Positions 10,281 to 20,463 are shown, counted from the stretch's first letter. The stretch is 64,000 nucleotides of DNA from Alkalispirochaeta sp. (GCA_965601925.1 OZ271854.1:544001-608000), one strand, 5' to 3'. Program-made: numbers and translations. The notes: generated from the letters alone by a model not told the origin.

Positions 10281-10306
10281 ACCGTGAAGCGTGTAGGTTG
10301 TGGCAC

Positions 10307-11020
10307 ATGCCCAGTATGACCGAGATTTACCGCCACCATGCGGATCGTTACGACGAGTTGGTTTCCGCCGAGGACTACCGCGGAACTCTGAGAGAGACCT
10401 TGCATCGTATCGCCGTGTGGGAAGGCGCGGCGGTAATCGAGGCGGGCGTCGGAACCGGACGCGTCACAAAGCTGTACATCGACGACGCGGCGCGCGCGGT
10501 GTGTTGCGACCGGTCGCGCCACATGCTCGATTACACCGAATCGATACTCACCCCTCACGCGAGCAAGATCACCTACACGGTCGCCGACAACATGCAGTTC
10601 CCGCGGATCGAGGGCGACTTCAATCTGTTTGTCGAGGGGTGGAGTTTCGGACACTCCGCAATGGAAAGCTCCGACGACGAGGATCTCGTGAACATAACGG
10701 AGCGGTTGGTGGGCGGAGCGGAGCGCAATCTTGCCTCCGGGGGAACGGTCATCGTCATAGAGACACTGGGAACGAACGTCGATGAAGCGTCTGCTCCCCA
10801 TCCGACGTTGCGACGATTTTATGATCTTCTGGAACGCGAACACGGCTTCGTACGGGAGGTAATTCGTACGGACTATCGGTTCGAAACCGTAGACGAAGCG
10901 GCTCGAGTGATGGGCTTCTTTTTCGGACCCGCTATGGAGCGCGGCGTACGAGAACGCTCCTCGGCGACGGTCCCGGAATGGACGGGCGTATGGAAGAAGC
11001 GCGTCACGAACACCCCGTAA
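10307..11020 (+). CDS. Class I SAM-dependent methyltransferase
   Basis: Motif I 'VIEAGVGTGRVT' and 'CCDRSRHML'. Start is ATG 10307 or 10316. Confidence 0.85.
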   Translation: MPSMTEIYRHHADRYDELVSAEDYRGTLRETLHRIAVWEGAAVIEAGVGTGRVTKLYIDDAARAVCCDRSRHMLDYTESILTPHASKITYTVADNMQFPRIEGDFNLFVEGWSFGHSAMESSDDEDLVNITERLVGGAERNLASGGTVIVIETLGTNVDEASAPHPTLRRFYDLLEREHGFVREVIRTDYRFETVDEAARVMGFFFGPAMERGVRERSSATVPEWTGVWKKRVTNTP

Positions 11021-11025
11021 GATTT

Positions 11026-11172
11026 GTTGCGAATCCCCGCTCTGCTGCATATCAGGCGGCGAGACGAACGTGCGTGCCGGCTCAGCAGACCCGTTCCGGG
11101 TCAGAGGTCGCCGTCCCGCACGTTCGCCCCGCCTCAGCATGTATCCGCCGGAAGGGGCCTCTCTCGGTCAAC
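11026..11172. repeat. Extended imperfect inverted repeat (candidate structured RNA or MITE-like element) between convergent genes
   Basis: Nested arms centred near 11095: GACCCG/CGGGTC, CGAACGTGCG/CGCACGTTCG, AGGCGG/CCGCCT, TGCAT/ATGTA, CCCC/GGGG. Confidence 0.55.
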
Positions 11173-11217
11173 GGACGTAAGAGCGGTAATCGTGCTTTGC
11201 TGCTATGCGACGCCCCG

Positions 11218-11781
11218 TTATCGCGCCATGCCGGCCCAGACCATTTCGAAGGTGGTCCGGATGTACATATCCACGTCCGCATCGGATAACAAGAGCTCCT
11301 CGATAACCCCGGACGTCGTTGAAATGACGAACGTGTAGAGGAGATCGAGAGGAATATCCTGTAGATGGTTCTCTTGGACCCCGCGCTTGAGGAACGAGAC
11401 GATAAACTCAAAACGCAAGGGGCCTTCGCGTCGCCGCAGGTCGAAAAAGTAGGGAGAGGAGGCAAACTGAGTGAAGAACCATCGCATCTTGGGGTTCTCT
11501 ATCCCCCAGCGGATACCCCGTTCCCACAGGAGCCGAAAGGTCTCGCGGTACTCGCCCCGCTCGCTCTCTTCAACGTGGAGCGCGGCGGCCATGGACTCTT
11601 TGCAGTACAAAAACAGCTGCTTAATAAGCTCCGTCTTTGACGGAAAGTAGTTAAAAAGCGTCCCCGTCGCGACACCGGCGGTACGGGAGATTTCAGCCGT
11701 TGTCGTCTCTTGAAAGCCCTTTTCGGTGAACAGGTGCACAGCTGCGTTGAGAATCGCGTCGCGTTTGCCCATGGCCGCCAT
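11218..11781 (-). CDS. TetR/AcrR family regulator
   Basis: 'AILNAAVHLFTEKGFQETTTAEISRTAGVATGTLFNYFPSKTELI'. Confidence 0.93.
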   Translation of the reverse strand: MAAMGKRDAILNAAVHLFTEKGFQETTTAEISRTAGVATGTLFNYFPSKTELIKQLFLYCKESMAAALHVEESERGEYRETFRLLWERGIRWGIENPKMRWFFTQFASSPYFFDLRRREGPLRFEFIVSFLKRGVQENHLQDIPLDLLYTFVISTTSGVIEELLLSDADVDMYIRTTFEMVWAGMAR

Positions 11782-11829
11782 CGTATCACGAAATGCTCCT
11801 CGCCGGAGAGACCGTCATCGCGTTCGCGA

Positions 11830-12315
11830 TTAACTCGCCATCCGCCGACCGAAGATGACCAGCTCCTCCGACGAGATGGGCCGCATGTCGACGTAACGGC
11901 CCACGCCCTGCCGTCCGAACACTATAGTATACGGATAGAGCGCGCGTTCCCCGTCACCAACAATGACTACCTCGCGCGGCACAGGCAACTCCTCGACCAA
12001 GGGCGATCCGGCAAAGCGGAACGTCATCCGCGATACACGGTATTCCCCGCTCGGAAGGGCGTCGGCTGAGGCAAACTCGTCGTCATAGGTAACAATGAGG
12101 CGACGACGCACATCCGGGTCGTCGACCGATTCCACAAAGAGGACGAGTGTACCGAAGCGCGCTTGGCGTGCCTCCTCGCTCCTCTCAATCGCGAACGCGA
12201 GCTCGTTGGATCGGCCGTGAGCGGCACTCGTAGTCGCGCACGCCGAGACTATGAACGCAAACGCCGCAAGCACGACGAGCGCGAGCGCGCCTCTGTTCAT
12301 CGTAAACATTGTCAT
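11830..12315 (-). CDS. Hypothetical lipoprotein
   Basis: Hydrophobic N-terminus ending in lipobox 'IVSAC'. GGAG RBS upstream. Confidence 0.65.
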   Translation of the reverse strand: MTMFTMNRGALALVVLAAFAFIVSACATTSAAHGRSNELAFAIERSEEARQARFGTLVLFVESVDDPDVRRRLIVTYDDEFASADALPSGEYRVSRMTFRFAGSPLVEELPVPREVVIVGDGERALYPYTIVFGRQGVGRYVDMRPISSEELVIFGRRMAS

Positions 12316-12369
12316 ACCGTTCTCCTCCGTCGACCCATGAATCGAGTCGACGCTGTATGTGATAAGGGC

Positions 12370-12398
12370 AAGATAACGTTAAATGACTGATTAGTCAA
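12370..12398 (-). promoter_or_regulatory. Sigma70-like promoter overlapped by palindrome TGACT-N4-AGTCA (probable TetR operator)
   Basis: Minus strand TTGACT (12398-12393), 17 bp, TATCTT (12375-12370). Palindrome at 12384-12397. Confidence 0.7.
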
Positions 12399-12539
12399 TC
12401 TTTTTCGTGATAATCGTCGCCGCTCGTCGGAGGGAACGGACGGACACGGCGCTTCTGACGCAATGGGTCGGGCCTCACGGAGCGGCTCCGGTTCGAGACG
12501 TTCTCCGAACAATCTGGTACCCTTGCGTGCGGGCAGATT

Positions 12540-13814
12540 ATGGGGATCGTATGTAGAGTCGTTTTGATCGTCGGAGGAGCCATCCTGGCCGCCTCACTTG
12601 TGGCCGCCGTGGGCGTAGCGACCAATCCGCGACCACCCGCTCCACCGGCCGAGGGGGTTGAGGCGTTTTCCCGTTATCTCGACGAATGGACTGCGAGCGG
12701 CGCGGCACCGTCCGTGGTAGCGGCCGCGATCATCGACGGTAGGCCGGTCTATTCCAAGGGCAGCGGCACGCTTTCCCCGACGGCCCACGCCGCGCCCACG
12801 ATCGATTCGATATACAACTGGTGGAGTATCACGAAAGTCTTCACCGCCGTGGCGGTCATGCAGTTGGCCGAAGAGGGGGCAATCGATCTCGACCGCCCGA
12901 TTACCGTCGCGCTGCCGTGGTTGAGGGCCGTGGACTCGCTGTTCGACTCGGTCACCCCGCGACAACTTCTGTCGCACAGTGCCGGACTGCCGGACAATGT
13001 TCCGGAGGTCTTCGGGTGGACGCACCTCGCCCAAGACCGCGAGCACGATCAAACGCACTTTCTACGCAGCGTCATCGGAGAGTACGCACGCCTGACCTAC
13101 CGCCCCGCCTCACGCCACCGATATAGCAACGTCGGCTATATGATCCTCGGCGCGGCGATAGAGGCGGCCTCGCGGGAGTCGTATCTCGCCTACGTAGAGC
13201 GGGAGGTCCTCGGTCGAGCGGGATTGGAACGTACGGGATTCCGGTTGGACCGTATCGAGAACCTCGACCCCGCGAGCGTAGCGGTCGGTTCGCATTTGGT
13301 CTGGCGCATGGAGACGCCGTTTCTCTACCTCTATTACCCGGACCGGCTCGACGCTATGCTCCTTCACCGCACTCCGCGAAGACTCTACTTTCGTGAAATC
13401 ATCCCCGACAGCCATCCGCCGACGGGTTTGCGCGGGAGCGCCGGCGACCTGTTACACTTTGCCGATCAGCTACTAGCGGCTCTTACCGGCGACGCTACTC
13501 TGCTGAGTCCCGCTTCCGCGCGACAGATGTTTCGCCCCCACCTTTCTCAAGAGGCCGGCGACCTGACCGACGCAATCGAGTCGAATGCGGACGGCCTCCA
13601 TGGAGACGCATACGGCCTCGCATTCCGCCTCCACGCGTATCGCGGCACCCCCGTTGCCCGACACAGCGGCGGCGGGCCCGGTTTCAACACCGATCTGTGG
13701 CTCTTACCGGAGCATCGCGCAGCACTCGTACTTCTGGCCAGCGACACGCGGGTGCGCCTCGACGAGATCATGACGTCGTTTGTCGACGCGCTGATCCGCG
13801 ACGGACTACTGTAG
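12540..13814 (+). CDS. Serine hydrolase, beta-lactamase/D-aminopeptidase family, exported or membrane-anchored
   Basis: SxxK 'WSITK', 'LLSHSAGL', YxN 'YSNVGY', 'HSGGGPGF'. N-terminal hydrophobic segment. Confidence 0.9.
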   Translation: MGIVCRVVLIVGGAILAASLVAAVGVATNPRPPAPPAEGVEAFSRYLDEWTASGAAPSVVAAAIIDGRPVYSKGSGTLSPTAHAAPTIDSIYNWWSITKVFTAVAVMQLAEEGAIDLDRPITVALPWLRAVDSLFDSVTPRQLLSHSAGLPDNVPEVFGWTHLAQDREHDQTHFLRSVIGEYARLTYRPASRHRYSNVGYMILGAAIEAASRESYLAYVEREVLGRAGLERTGFRLDRIENLDPASVAVGSHLVWRMETPFLYLYYPDRLDAMLLHRTPRRLYFREIIPDSHPPTGLRGSAGDLLHFADQLLAALTGDATLLSPASARQMFRPHLSQEAGDLTDAIESNADGLHGDAYGLAFRLHAYRGTPVARHSGGGPGFNTDLWLLPEHRAALVLLASDTRVRLDEIMTSFVDALIRDGLL

Positions 13815-13827
13815 AGGCGCGCCCGAT

Positions 13828-14023
13828 GACGCCGGTCTCCAAACTCACCGAGGCGACTCCCTTACTCACCACCGCGGCGGCGAAGTCGAAATGCGGCGTC
13901 GCTCCTCGGATCATCGCTCCGAGAGCGATGATGCCGTCCCAGACTCCCACGAGGGAGAGGCGTTGTGCGGTAAAGTGGGAGTTCCCACGCTCCCGGGACG
14001 CGTACCACGGCGAGAGCGTCCCC
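13828..14023 (-). pseudogene. ribH: Frameshifted internal fragment of lumazine synthase
   Basis: Minus strand reads '[17 protein letters not shown]', then one extra T near 13972-13974, then '[48 protein letters not shown]', which is the RibH signature. Both termini are missing. Confidence 0.85.
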
Positions 14024-14096
14024 CGTACATAGCGCCGACGATCTCGGTCGAGACCGCGCGGTTGACTGCAGTACACGGGAAACCTATCGTACTCGT

Positions 14097-15374
14097 GTGG
14101 GCTCATACGCGCTCGATGATGCATTTCCGTTGCCCCAACTCAAGACGATGCAGCCGGTCGTCTGGATCAATCCGCGCCGTCTGCCGTGGCACGAGGCGCG
14201 ACGAAGCATCGAGTACGGCGAGACCGATATCGTGGCCGTGCGCGATCGACTGCGCCGAGCGCGACGACTTACGGCACATCTGTTTCCCGACGAGGTGTGG
14301 CTCGACTCGCCGGGTACGATCGAGAGCATATTACAGCCTCTGGCGCCGGTACGGGGTATAGCCGGGCGCATCTTTGCCAAGCTCGATAGCCGACTCCCCA
14401 TCGCGGGGTCGATCAAGGCGAGAGGCGGCGTGTACGAGGTGCTCTCCCACGCGGAGCGACTGGCGGTCGCCGCCGGTATCGTCGAGCCGGGAGCCGACCT
14501 GCTTCCCCTCGCCTCACCGAGCGCCAGACGGCTGTTTGCCGCGCAATGCATCGCCGTCGGTTCGACGGGAAATCTCGGCCTAAGCATCGGCACGATGTCG
14601 CGCGCGCTCGGCTTTCGCGCAACGATCCACATGTCCTCGGACGCACGAGGGTGGAAAAAGAAGCGTCTCCGCGAGCTCGGCGCCGCGGTGTTGGAATACG
14701 AAAGCGACTACAGCGAAGCAGTACGGCGCGGCAGGCTGGCCGCGGAGACGGACGACAGCACGTACTTCGTCGACGATGAAAACTCCCCCGAGCTGTTTCT
14801 TGCCTACGCGGCCGCGGCGCGCTATCTCCGGGACCAACTCGAGACGGCGCTCGTCACGGTGGACGAGGAACATCCGCTGTTCGTCTATCTACCGTGCGGG
14901 GTCGGCGGCGGTCCCGGAGGCGTGTGCCTGGGCCTCAAGATCGAGTACGGCGACGCGGTAAAGTGCTTCTTCGTGGAGCCGACGCACTCTCCGGCAATGA
15001 CTCTCGGCCTCTCTACGGAGCTCCATCACGAGATCAGCGTTGCCGACATAGGACTCGACAATGCGACGATCGCGGACGGACTCGCCGTCGGCAGGCCGTC
15101 GGGTTTCGTCGGTCGCACATTGGGCCGGACGATCGACGGCGCGATTACCGTCACGGACGAGAGCCTCCTCCGCTGGTTGGCGAGGGTTTACAAAGACGAG
15201 GGCTTGCGGCTGGAGCCGTCGGCCACTGCAGGCATCGCCGGGCTCGCCCGACTGGCGAACGACTCCGTCGCCGACTTCGATCGTGCGACGCACGTAGTAT
15301 GGGCTACCGGAGGCGGCATGCTCCCCGACGACGAATTCCGCCGCTACCTCGCATCGGCCGACCGATTGAGCTAA
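14097..15374 (+). CDS. dsdA: D-serine ammonia-lyase
   Basis: '[12 protein letters not shown]' (PLP Lys), '[11 protein letters not shown]', 'HMSSDA', 'YFVDDENS', '[12 protein letters not shown]', 'DGLAVGRPS', 'WATGG'. Confidence 0.93.
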   Translation: MGSYALDDAFPLPQLKTMQPVVWINPRRLPWHEARRSIEYGETDIVAVRDRLRRARRLTAHLFPDEVWLDSPGTIESILQPLAPVRGIAGRIFAKLDSRLPIAGSIKARGGVYEVLSHAERLAVAAGIVEPGADLLPLASPSARRLFAAQCIAVGSTGNLGLSIGTMSRALGFRATIHMSSDARGWKKKRLRELGAAVLEYESDYSEAVRRGRLAAETDDSTYFVDDENSPELFLAYAAAARYLRDQLETALVTVDEEHPLFVYLPCGVGGGPGGVCLGLKIEYGDAVKCFFVEPTHSPAMTLGLSTELHHEISVADIGLDNATIADGLAVGRPSGFVGRTLGRTIDGAITVTDESLLRWLARVYKDEGLRLEPSATAGIAGLARLANDSVADFDRATHVVWATGGGMLPDDEFRRYLASADRLS

Positions 15375-15405
15375 GCCGAACCGTCGTCGGCACCCGCTAC
15401 GACGC

Positions 15406-16635
15406 TCAGTCGGCGAGCTCGCGATACCCTTCGCGTAACGAGTTGATCGCCACCACTCGACCGCCTTGTGTGTATAGTCGAGGAATGCGCGGGGTGAAAT
15501 CGCAGGTAATCTCGTAGGTAATGGTGCCGGCGAGGCGCGCAAGATCCGCGGCCGAAATCCGCTCGGCGCCGTCATCGATCGCCTTCCCATCGTCACGGAC
15601 CTGCTCTCCCATGAGCACCACCTCGTCGCCGATCGAAACGTCTTCACCCACACGCGTGAGATCGACGGCGATCATGTCCATGGAGACGCGTCCCGCGATA
15701 GGAACGCGCACTCCCCGAACCAACACTTCGCCGCGATTCGAGAGCGAGCGCGGATAGCCGTCTCCGTATCCGATGGGGACGATACCCACGAGCGACCCCG
15801 GTCGGACCGCGTAGGTCCGTCCGTATCCAACCGTCCAGTTTCGCGTATGACGCGTGAGCTTCACGAGTCGACTCACCACTTTCATAACGGGGCGGAGCCC
15901 TATGCCGTGGTCGACGTCCTCGGACGGGTACATCCCGTAGAGCATGACGCCGGGGCGAACCAAGTCCCAGTCGACACGCTCGGGAAAATCGATGAGTGCC
16001 CCGCTGTTGGCGAGATGCCGATATCGCGGACGCACCCCCTGCCTTTCCGCCTCGCGTACGATTCGATCCAACGCTTCCACCTGGGCAAACGAGAACTCTT
16101 TGTCGCGCTCGTCCGATGATGGAAAGTGCGAGAACACGCCTTCGAGCGTCGTATTGGCGAGTGACGCGACGCACAGGAGCGCCTCCACCGGGGTATCGCT
16201 CACAAGCCCCATACGCCCCATACCGGTATCCACATTGAGATGAATCATCGCCGTCGTTCCCAAGCGCCCCGCGGCGTCGGACAGCAGACGGGCATACTCC
16301 ACCGAGCCGGCGCTCAATCGCGCCCCGACGCGTAACGCCTCCTCGACCTCATGGGGGAAGAGATCCTCGAGAATCAGGATCGGTAGGGTTATTCCGTTGT
16401 CCCTGAGGACGAAGTACTCCTCGAGATTGGCGACTGCAAGCATGGTCGCGCCCCACCGCTCGCACAGAGAAGCGATCGCGATCGCTCCGTGACCGTACGC
16501 ATCGGCTTTTACCGCCGGCATTACGGAGGCTCCCGGCACCCGCGCCGCCGCGAGATTCAGATTGTGCTCAAAGGCGTCCAAGTCCACATACGCTCGCGTC
16601 TCGCGAATCGGGTAGTCCAGCACTCGTCTCTCCAA
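15406..16635 (-). CDS. alr: Alanine racemase
   Basis: 'MPAVKADAYGHG', 'HLNVDTGMGRMG', 'HLANSG', 'VRPGVMLYG', 'PIGYGDGY', 'GRVSMD', 'TITYE'. Confidence 0.95.
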   Translation of the reverse strand: MERRVLDYPIRETRAYVDLDAFEHNLNLAAARVPGASVMPAVKADAYGHGAIAIASLCERWGATMLAVANLEEYFVLRDNGITLPILILEDLFPHEVEEALRVGARLSAGSVEYARLLSDAAGRLGTTAMIHLNVDTGMGRMGLVSDTPVEALLCVASLANTTLEGVFSHFPSSDERDKEFSFAQVEALDRIVREAERQGVRPRYRHLANSGALIDFPERVDWDLVRPGVMLYGMYPSEDVDHGIGLRPVMKVVSRLVKLTRHTRNWTVGYGRTYAVRPGSLVGIVPIGYGDGYPRSLSNRGEVLVRGVRVPIAGRVSMDMIAVDLTRVGEDVSIGDEVVLMGEQVRDDGKAIDDGAERISAADLARLAGTITYEITCDFTPRIPRLYTQGGRVVAINSLREGYRELAD

Positions 16636-16674
16636 TCGTCGACGGCGTCCGCTCGGTACAAGACACGCGCGCTA

Positions 16675-16706
16675 CCGGTCGGACTCTCCGGCGAGTGTCC
16701 GACCGG
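16675..16706 (-). terminator. Strong intercistronic hairpin between the symporter and alr
   Basis: CCGGTCGGAC-t-CTC-cggc-GAG-t-GTCCGACCGG. No clear U-tract. Confidence 0.45.
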
Positions 16707-16719
16707 CCGCCGTACCGAC

Positions 16720-18084
16720 TTATTGCTTCAGCTTCTGTTCGTACTCCTTCAGAGCGGAAAAAACAACCGGACTGAGGGCGATCAACGCGATTAGGTTGGG
16801 AATCGCCATAAGGCCGTTAAACGCGTCCGAAATGTTCCACACGAAACTAAGCGACGAGACCGAACCGACGAACGCGAGGGCGACCCACAGCCACTTGTAG
16901 TACTCCGCAACGGCGCGCCCGGTGATGAACTCCAAGGACTTAAAGCCGTAGAAGTACCAGGTAAGCATCGTGGAGAAGGCAAAGAAGATGAGCCCGAAAC
17001 TCACGATGAATGCGCCGAAGCCGGGTAGTTGCGCTCCGTACGCCGCAGTCGTAAGCTGGGCGCCGTTCAACCCGCCCTGGACTTCCATTACGCCCCCGGG
17101 CATCGTAAGTACGGTGCTGGTGAGAATGACGAGAGCCGTCATCGTGCAAATGACGATCGTGTCGATAAACGAGCCGAGGCTGGCGATGATGCCCTGGCGC
17201 ACCGGATCGTTCGTTCGGCTGGACGCGTGTGCGATCGGAGCGCTGCCGAGTCCCGCCTCGTTGGAGAAGATACCCCGAGCAACCCCGAAGCGAATGACCG
17301 ATCCGACCAGTCCGCCGCCGACGGCCGTCCCTGTGAAAGCGTTGCCGAAAATCCAACCGAAAGCCTCCGGTATGCGAGCGGCACCGGCGACGATGATGAT
17401 AAGCGACCCGATGACGTAGATGACCGCCATAACGGGAACGATCGCCTCCGCAACTCGGGCGATGCTCTTGATACCGCCGATGATTACCAACCCGACGGCG
17501 ACGGCAAGAATCACCCCGGTAATCCACATCGGGAGGCCGAGAGACTGGTTCATTGCCGCGGCGACGCTGTTGGACTGCACCATGTTCCCGATACCGACCG
17601 ATGCGATAAACGCGAAGAGGGCGAAGGACCAGCCGAGCCACTTCCAGTTACCGCCGAAGCGCTCCTCCATACCCTTGCTCGCATAGTACATAGGACCGCC
17701 GGACTTCTCGCCCGCTTCGTCGGTGATGCGATACTTCACCGCCAACACCGCCTCACTGAACTTGGTCGCACCCCCGAGAATCGCGGTGACCCACATCCAG
17801 AAGACCGCACCCGGTCCACCCAAGGCGATCGCCGTTGCGACGCCGGCGATGTTTCCGGTGCCGATCGTCGCCGATAAAGAGGTCATGAGGGCGGCAAAGG
17901 GACTAATCTCCCCCTCTCCCTCCGACTTTCGGACGAGCAAGCGGAATGCGTATCCGAGTTTGCGATACTGCACGACCTTCGTTCCCACCGAAAGGATCAG
18001 GCCGGTGGAAAAAAGAAGCACGATCATGACCGGTCCCCACGCAAAGCTCCCGATCACGCCGACTACATTCGCGATAGCCTCCAT
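16720..18084 (-). CDS. Sodium:alanine/glycine symporter (AGCS family)
   Basis: 'LSATIGTGNIAGVATAI..GGPGAVFWMW', 'GGPMYY', 'RGIFSNEAGLGSAPIAH', 'IDTIVICT'. GGAGGAGG RBS. Confidence 0.95.
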   Translation of the reverse strand: MEAIANVVGVIGSFAWGPVMIVLLFSTGLILSVGTKVVQYRKLGYAFRLLVRKSEGEGEISPFAALMTSLSATIGTGNIAGVATAIALGGPGAVFWMWVTAILGGATKFSEAVLAVKYRITDEAGEKSGGPMYYASKGMEERFGGNWKWLGWSFALFAFIASVGIGNMVQSNSVAAAMNQSLGLPMWITGVILAVAVGLVIIGGIKSIARVAEAIVPVMAVIYVIGSLIIIVAGAARIPEAFGWIFGNAFTGTAVGGGLVGSVIRFGVARGIFSNEAGLGSAPIAHASSRTNDPVRQGIIASLGSFIDTIVICTMTALVILTSTVLTMPGGVMEVQGGLNGAQLTTAAYGAQLPGFGAFIVSFGLIFFAFSTMLTWYFYGFKSLEFITGRAVAEYYKWLWVALAFVGSVSSLSFVWNISDAFNGLMAIPNLIALIALSPVVFSALKEYEQKLKQ

Positions 18085-18165
18085 AGAACCCTCCTCCGTA
18101 TGCTGAAAATTCGGTCCCGATCGCAATCCGGGGGCGGTCCATTCGCCCCCGAGATAGTTCGACCG

Positions 18166-19293
18166 TTAGACCGTTACCTCCTCGATTACATCCGCAAGCG
18201 GCGTGTACTGCATACCGAACGCCTCGGCAACCGCTTGGTAGGTCATCTTTCCGCCGTAGGTGTTAATACCCAGCGCGATCGCCCGATTTCCGCGCGCCGC
18301 CGTCTCCAACCCCTTGTTTGCGATCTCCAGACCGTACGGTAGTGTTACCGTCGTGAGCGCCTGGGTAGAGGTGCGCGACACGCCCCCGGGCATGTTGGCT
18401 ACGCAATAGTGCACCACATCTTCGACGACGAAGATGGGGTCGTCGTGCGTCGTGGGTCGGGTCGTTTCGATACATCCGCCCTGGTCGACGGCGACATCGA
18501 CGATGACCGACCCCTTTTTCATGCGCTTGAGATCGTTTCGCGATACGAGGTGGGGCGCCTTGGCACCGTGAATCAACACCGCTCCCACGATCAGGTCGCT
18601 CGTCTCCAAAACGTGCTCCAGATGCGCGACGTTGGAGTAGAGCGTTGTAATACGGCCGCCGAAGATGTCGTCCAGATAGGTCAGGCGGTCGATGTTAACG
18701 TCAAGGATCGTAACCTCGGCGCCGAGACCGACGGCCATTTTTGCCGCGTGCGTGCCGACGACACCGCCCCCGATGATTGCGACCTTTCCCCGTTCCACAC
18801 TGGGTACTCCGCCCAACAGGACGCCGCGTCCGCCCTGGGGACGCTCGAGGAAACGCGCTCCCTCCTGAATGCTCATACGCCCTGCGATCTCGCTCATAGG
18901 CCGCAACAGCGGGAGAGCCCCTCTGTCGGTCTCGACCGTCTCGTAGGCGACGCCCTTCACGTTGCGCTCTGTCATCGCGCGGGTAAGCGGTTCGTCGGCG
19001 GCGAGGTGGAGGTATGTATAGAGTATCAGCCCGTCGGTCATCAGCTCATACTCCGACGCCTGCGGCTCCTTGACCTTGACGATCATGTCGCTCGCCCGCC
19101 AGATCTCCTCGGCACCGTCGCAGACGATCGCGCCGACCGCTTCGTACTCCTTGTCCTCATATCCCGCATCGATGCCGCCGGCCCGCTCGACCCGTACGGT
19201 GTGTCCGGCACTTACGTAGGCGCGCGCGCAACTCGGCGTCAGTCCGACGCGATATTCATGTTTTTTGATTTCCTTCACGGAACCGATGTTCAT
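18166..19293 (-). CDS. ald: Alanine dehydrogenase
   Basis: 'KEIKKHEYRVGLTP', 'KVKEP', 'YTYLHLA', 'PMSEIAGR', 'VDVAVDQGGC', 'HYCVANMPG'. Confidence 0.97.
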   Translation of the reverse strand: MNIGSVKEIKKHEYRVGLTPSCARAYVSAGHTVRVERAGGIDAGYEDKEYEAVGAIVCDGAEEIWRASDMIVKVKEPQASEYELMTDGLILYTYLHLAADEPLTRAMTERNVKGVAYETVETDRGALPLLRPMSEIAGRMSIQEGARFLERPQGGRGVLLGGVPSVERGKVAIIGGGVVGTHAAKMAVGLGAEVTILDVNIDRLTYLDDIFGGRITTLYSNVAHLEHVLETSDLIVGAVLIHGAKAPHLVSRNDLKRMKKGSVIVDVAVDQGGCIETTRPTTHDDPIFVVEDVVHYCVANMPGGVSRTSTQALTTVTLPYGLEIANKGLETAARGNRAIALGINTYGGKMTYQAVAEAFGMQYTPLADVIEEVTV

Positions 19294-19524
19294 ATGTGGA
19301 CCTCCGGGGTGATGTTTTCCTCAGGTTTACACGATATTCGTAATCGGTCAAATATTTTGTAACGATTTTCGTTGAAAATTCTTCCCCGGATGTCTTTTTA
19401 GAGACGAAGAACAGGCGTAGCACGACGCCGAGCGCCGTCCACGACCGCCGAAGAACAGCGGATTCGTTGCGTTTTGGTGACGGGAAGATCGGTGGGGGCG
19501 CGCCGATCGACTCCGGCGAATCGC

Positions 19525-19980
19525 TTACACGAACTTGGAGTAGGTCTTGAGAGTCACGAAGCTTTCGGTACTGGTGATACCCTCTACACGAGAGAGCTCG
19601 TTGATGAGAAAGTCGACCAAGCCGCGGTGCGTGTCCAACAGGAGTTCGATCACCAGGTCGAATCGCCCCGATACGATCGACACGGAGAGTACGTTCTCCA
19701 AGTCGGCGATCTCCTCCGCCTTCTTGTCCAAAAGCCGGCTTTCGGCCACGTTGGCGCCGAGCCATACGATCTGTCGATTGGCGAGGATATCGGGATTGAT
19801 GAGCCCCCGCAACGAAATGATGCCGCGCTCGCGCAGGCGCTTCATACGCGAACGGATCATTCCCTCGGAGACATCGAGCTTCTTTGCAATGGCGCTGTTG
19901 GAGATCGTCCCGGAACGCAACAGCTCTACGATCGCCCAATCCCGAGCGTCGAGTTCGTGTACTTCCTCGTACTTTGACAC
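19525..19980 (-). CDS. Lrp/AsnC family regulator
   Basis: 'LDARDWAIVELL..SNSAIAKKLDVSEGMIRSRMKRL', 'VSGRFDL'. Lies upstream of ald. Confidence 0.9.
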   Translation of the reverse strand: MSKYEEVHELDARDWAIVELLRSGTISNSAIAKKLDVSEGMIRSRMKRLRERGIISLRGLINPDILANRQIVWLGANVAESRLLDKKAEEIADLENVLSVSIVSGRFDLVIELLLDTHRGLVDFLINELSRVEGITSTESFVTLKTYSKFV

Positions 19981-20012
19981 CGTCGCTCCTCACACGCGCG
20001 TTGCGGCGAGAC

Positions 20013-20360
20013 TCACTCGTGCTCCCGCGGCACGAGGCATATGAACTGCAACTCCCCCGCCCCGGTGTTACGAAACTGATGCTTCTCGTCGGGAGCGACC
20101 ATAGCGTAATCGCCGGCGACGATCGGTGTCGCCTCGCCCGCCTCGTTGATCAACGCTCCTTCACCGGAGAGTACATAGTTCAGGTGTTCCCAGGGATGGG
20201 AGTGGTACGGCGTATAACCGCCGACCTCTATGGTAAAGACGCGCAACGACATCGTCGGCGTGCCGTCGGCGAGGCCGAGGGGGACCTGCTTGGATACGCC
20301 GCGTACGTGATCGGATTCCACGGTTGTCCGCGCAACGTCGGTGAGCTTGACCACTTTCAT
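20013..20360 (-). CDS. Cupin domain protein
   Basis: 'GGYTPYHSHPWEHLNYVLSGEG' and 'PDEKHQFRN'. Confidence 0.88.
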   Translation of the reverse strand: MKVVKLTDVARTTVESDHVRGVSKQVPLGLADGTPTMSLRVFTIEVGGYTPYHSHPWEHLNYVLSGEGALINEAGEATPIVAGDYAMVAPDEKHQFRNTGAGELQFICLVPREHE

Positions 20361-20463
20361 GACTCCATTATGAGGCGCTCAGGAAGGTGGTCAAGCCCCT
20401 GCCGCTATATGACGCGGCGCGCGCAAACGACATCACGATATCGTGGCGGTGTATTTCGAACCC

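Noticed and set aside
11080..11110. SRP (4.5S) RNA
   Set aside because: Lacks the conserved CAGG..GNRA..AGCAG domain IV pattern on either strand.
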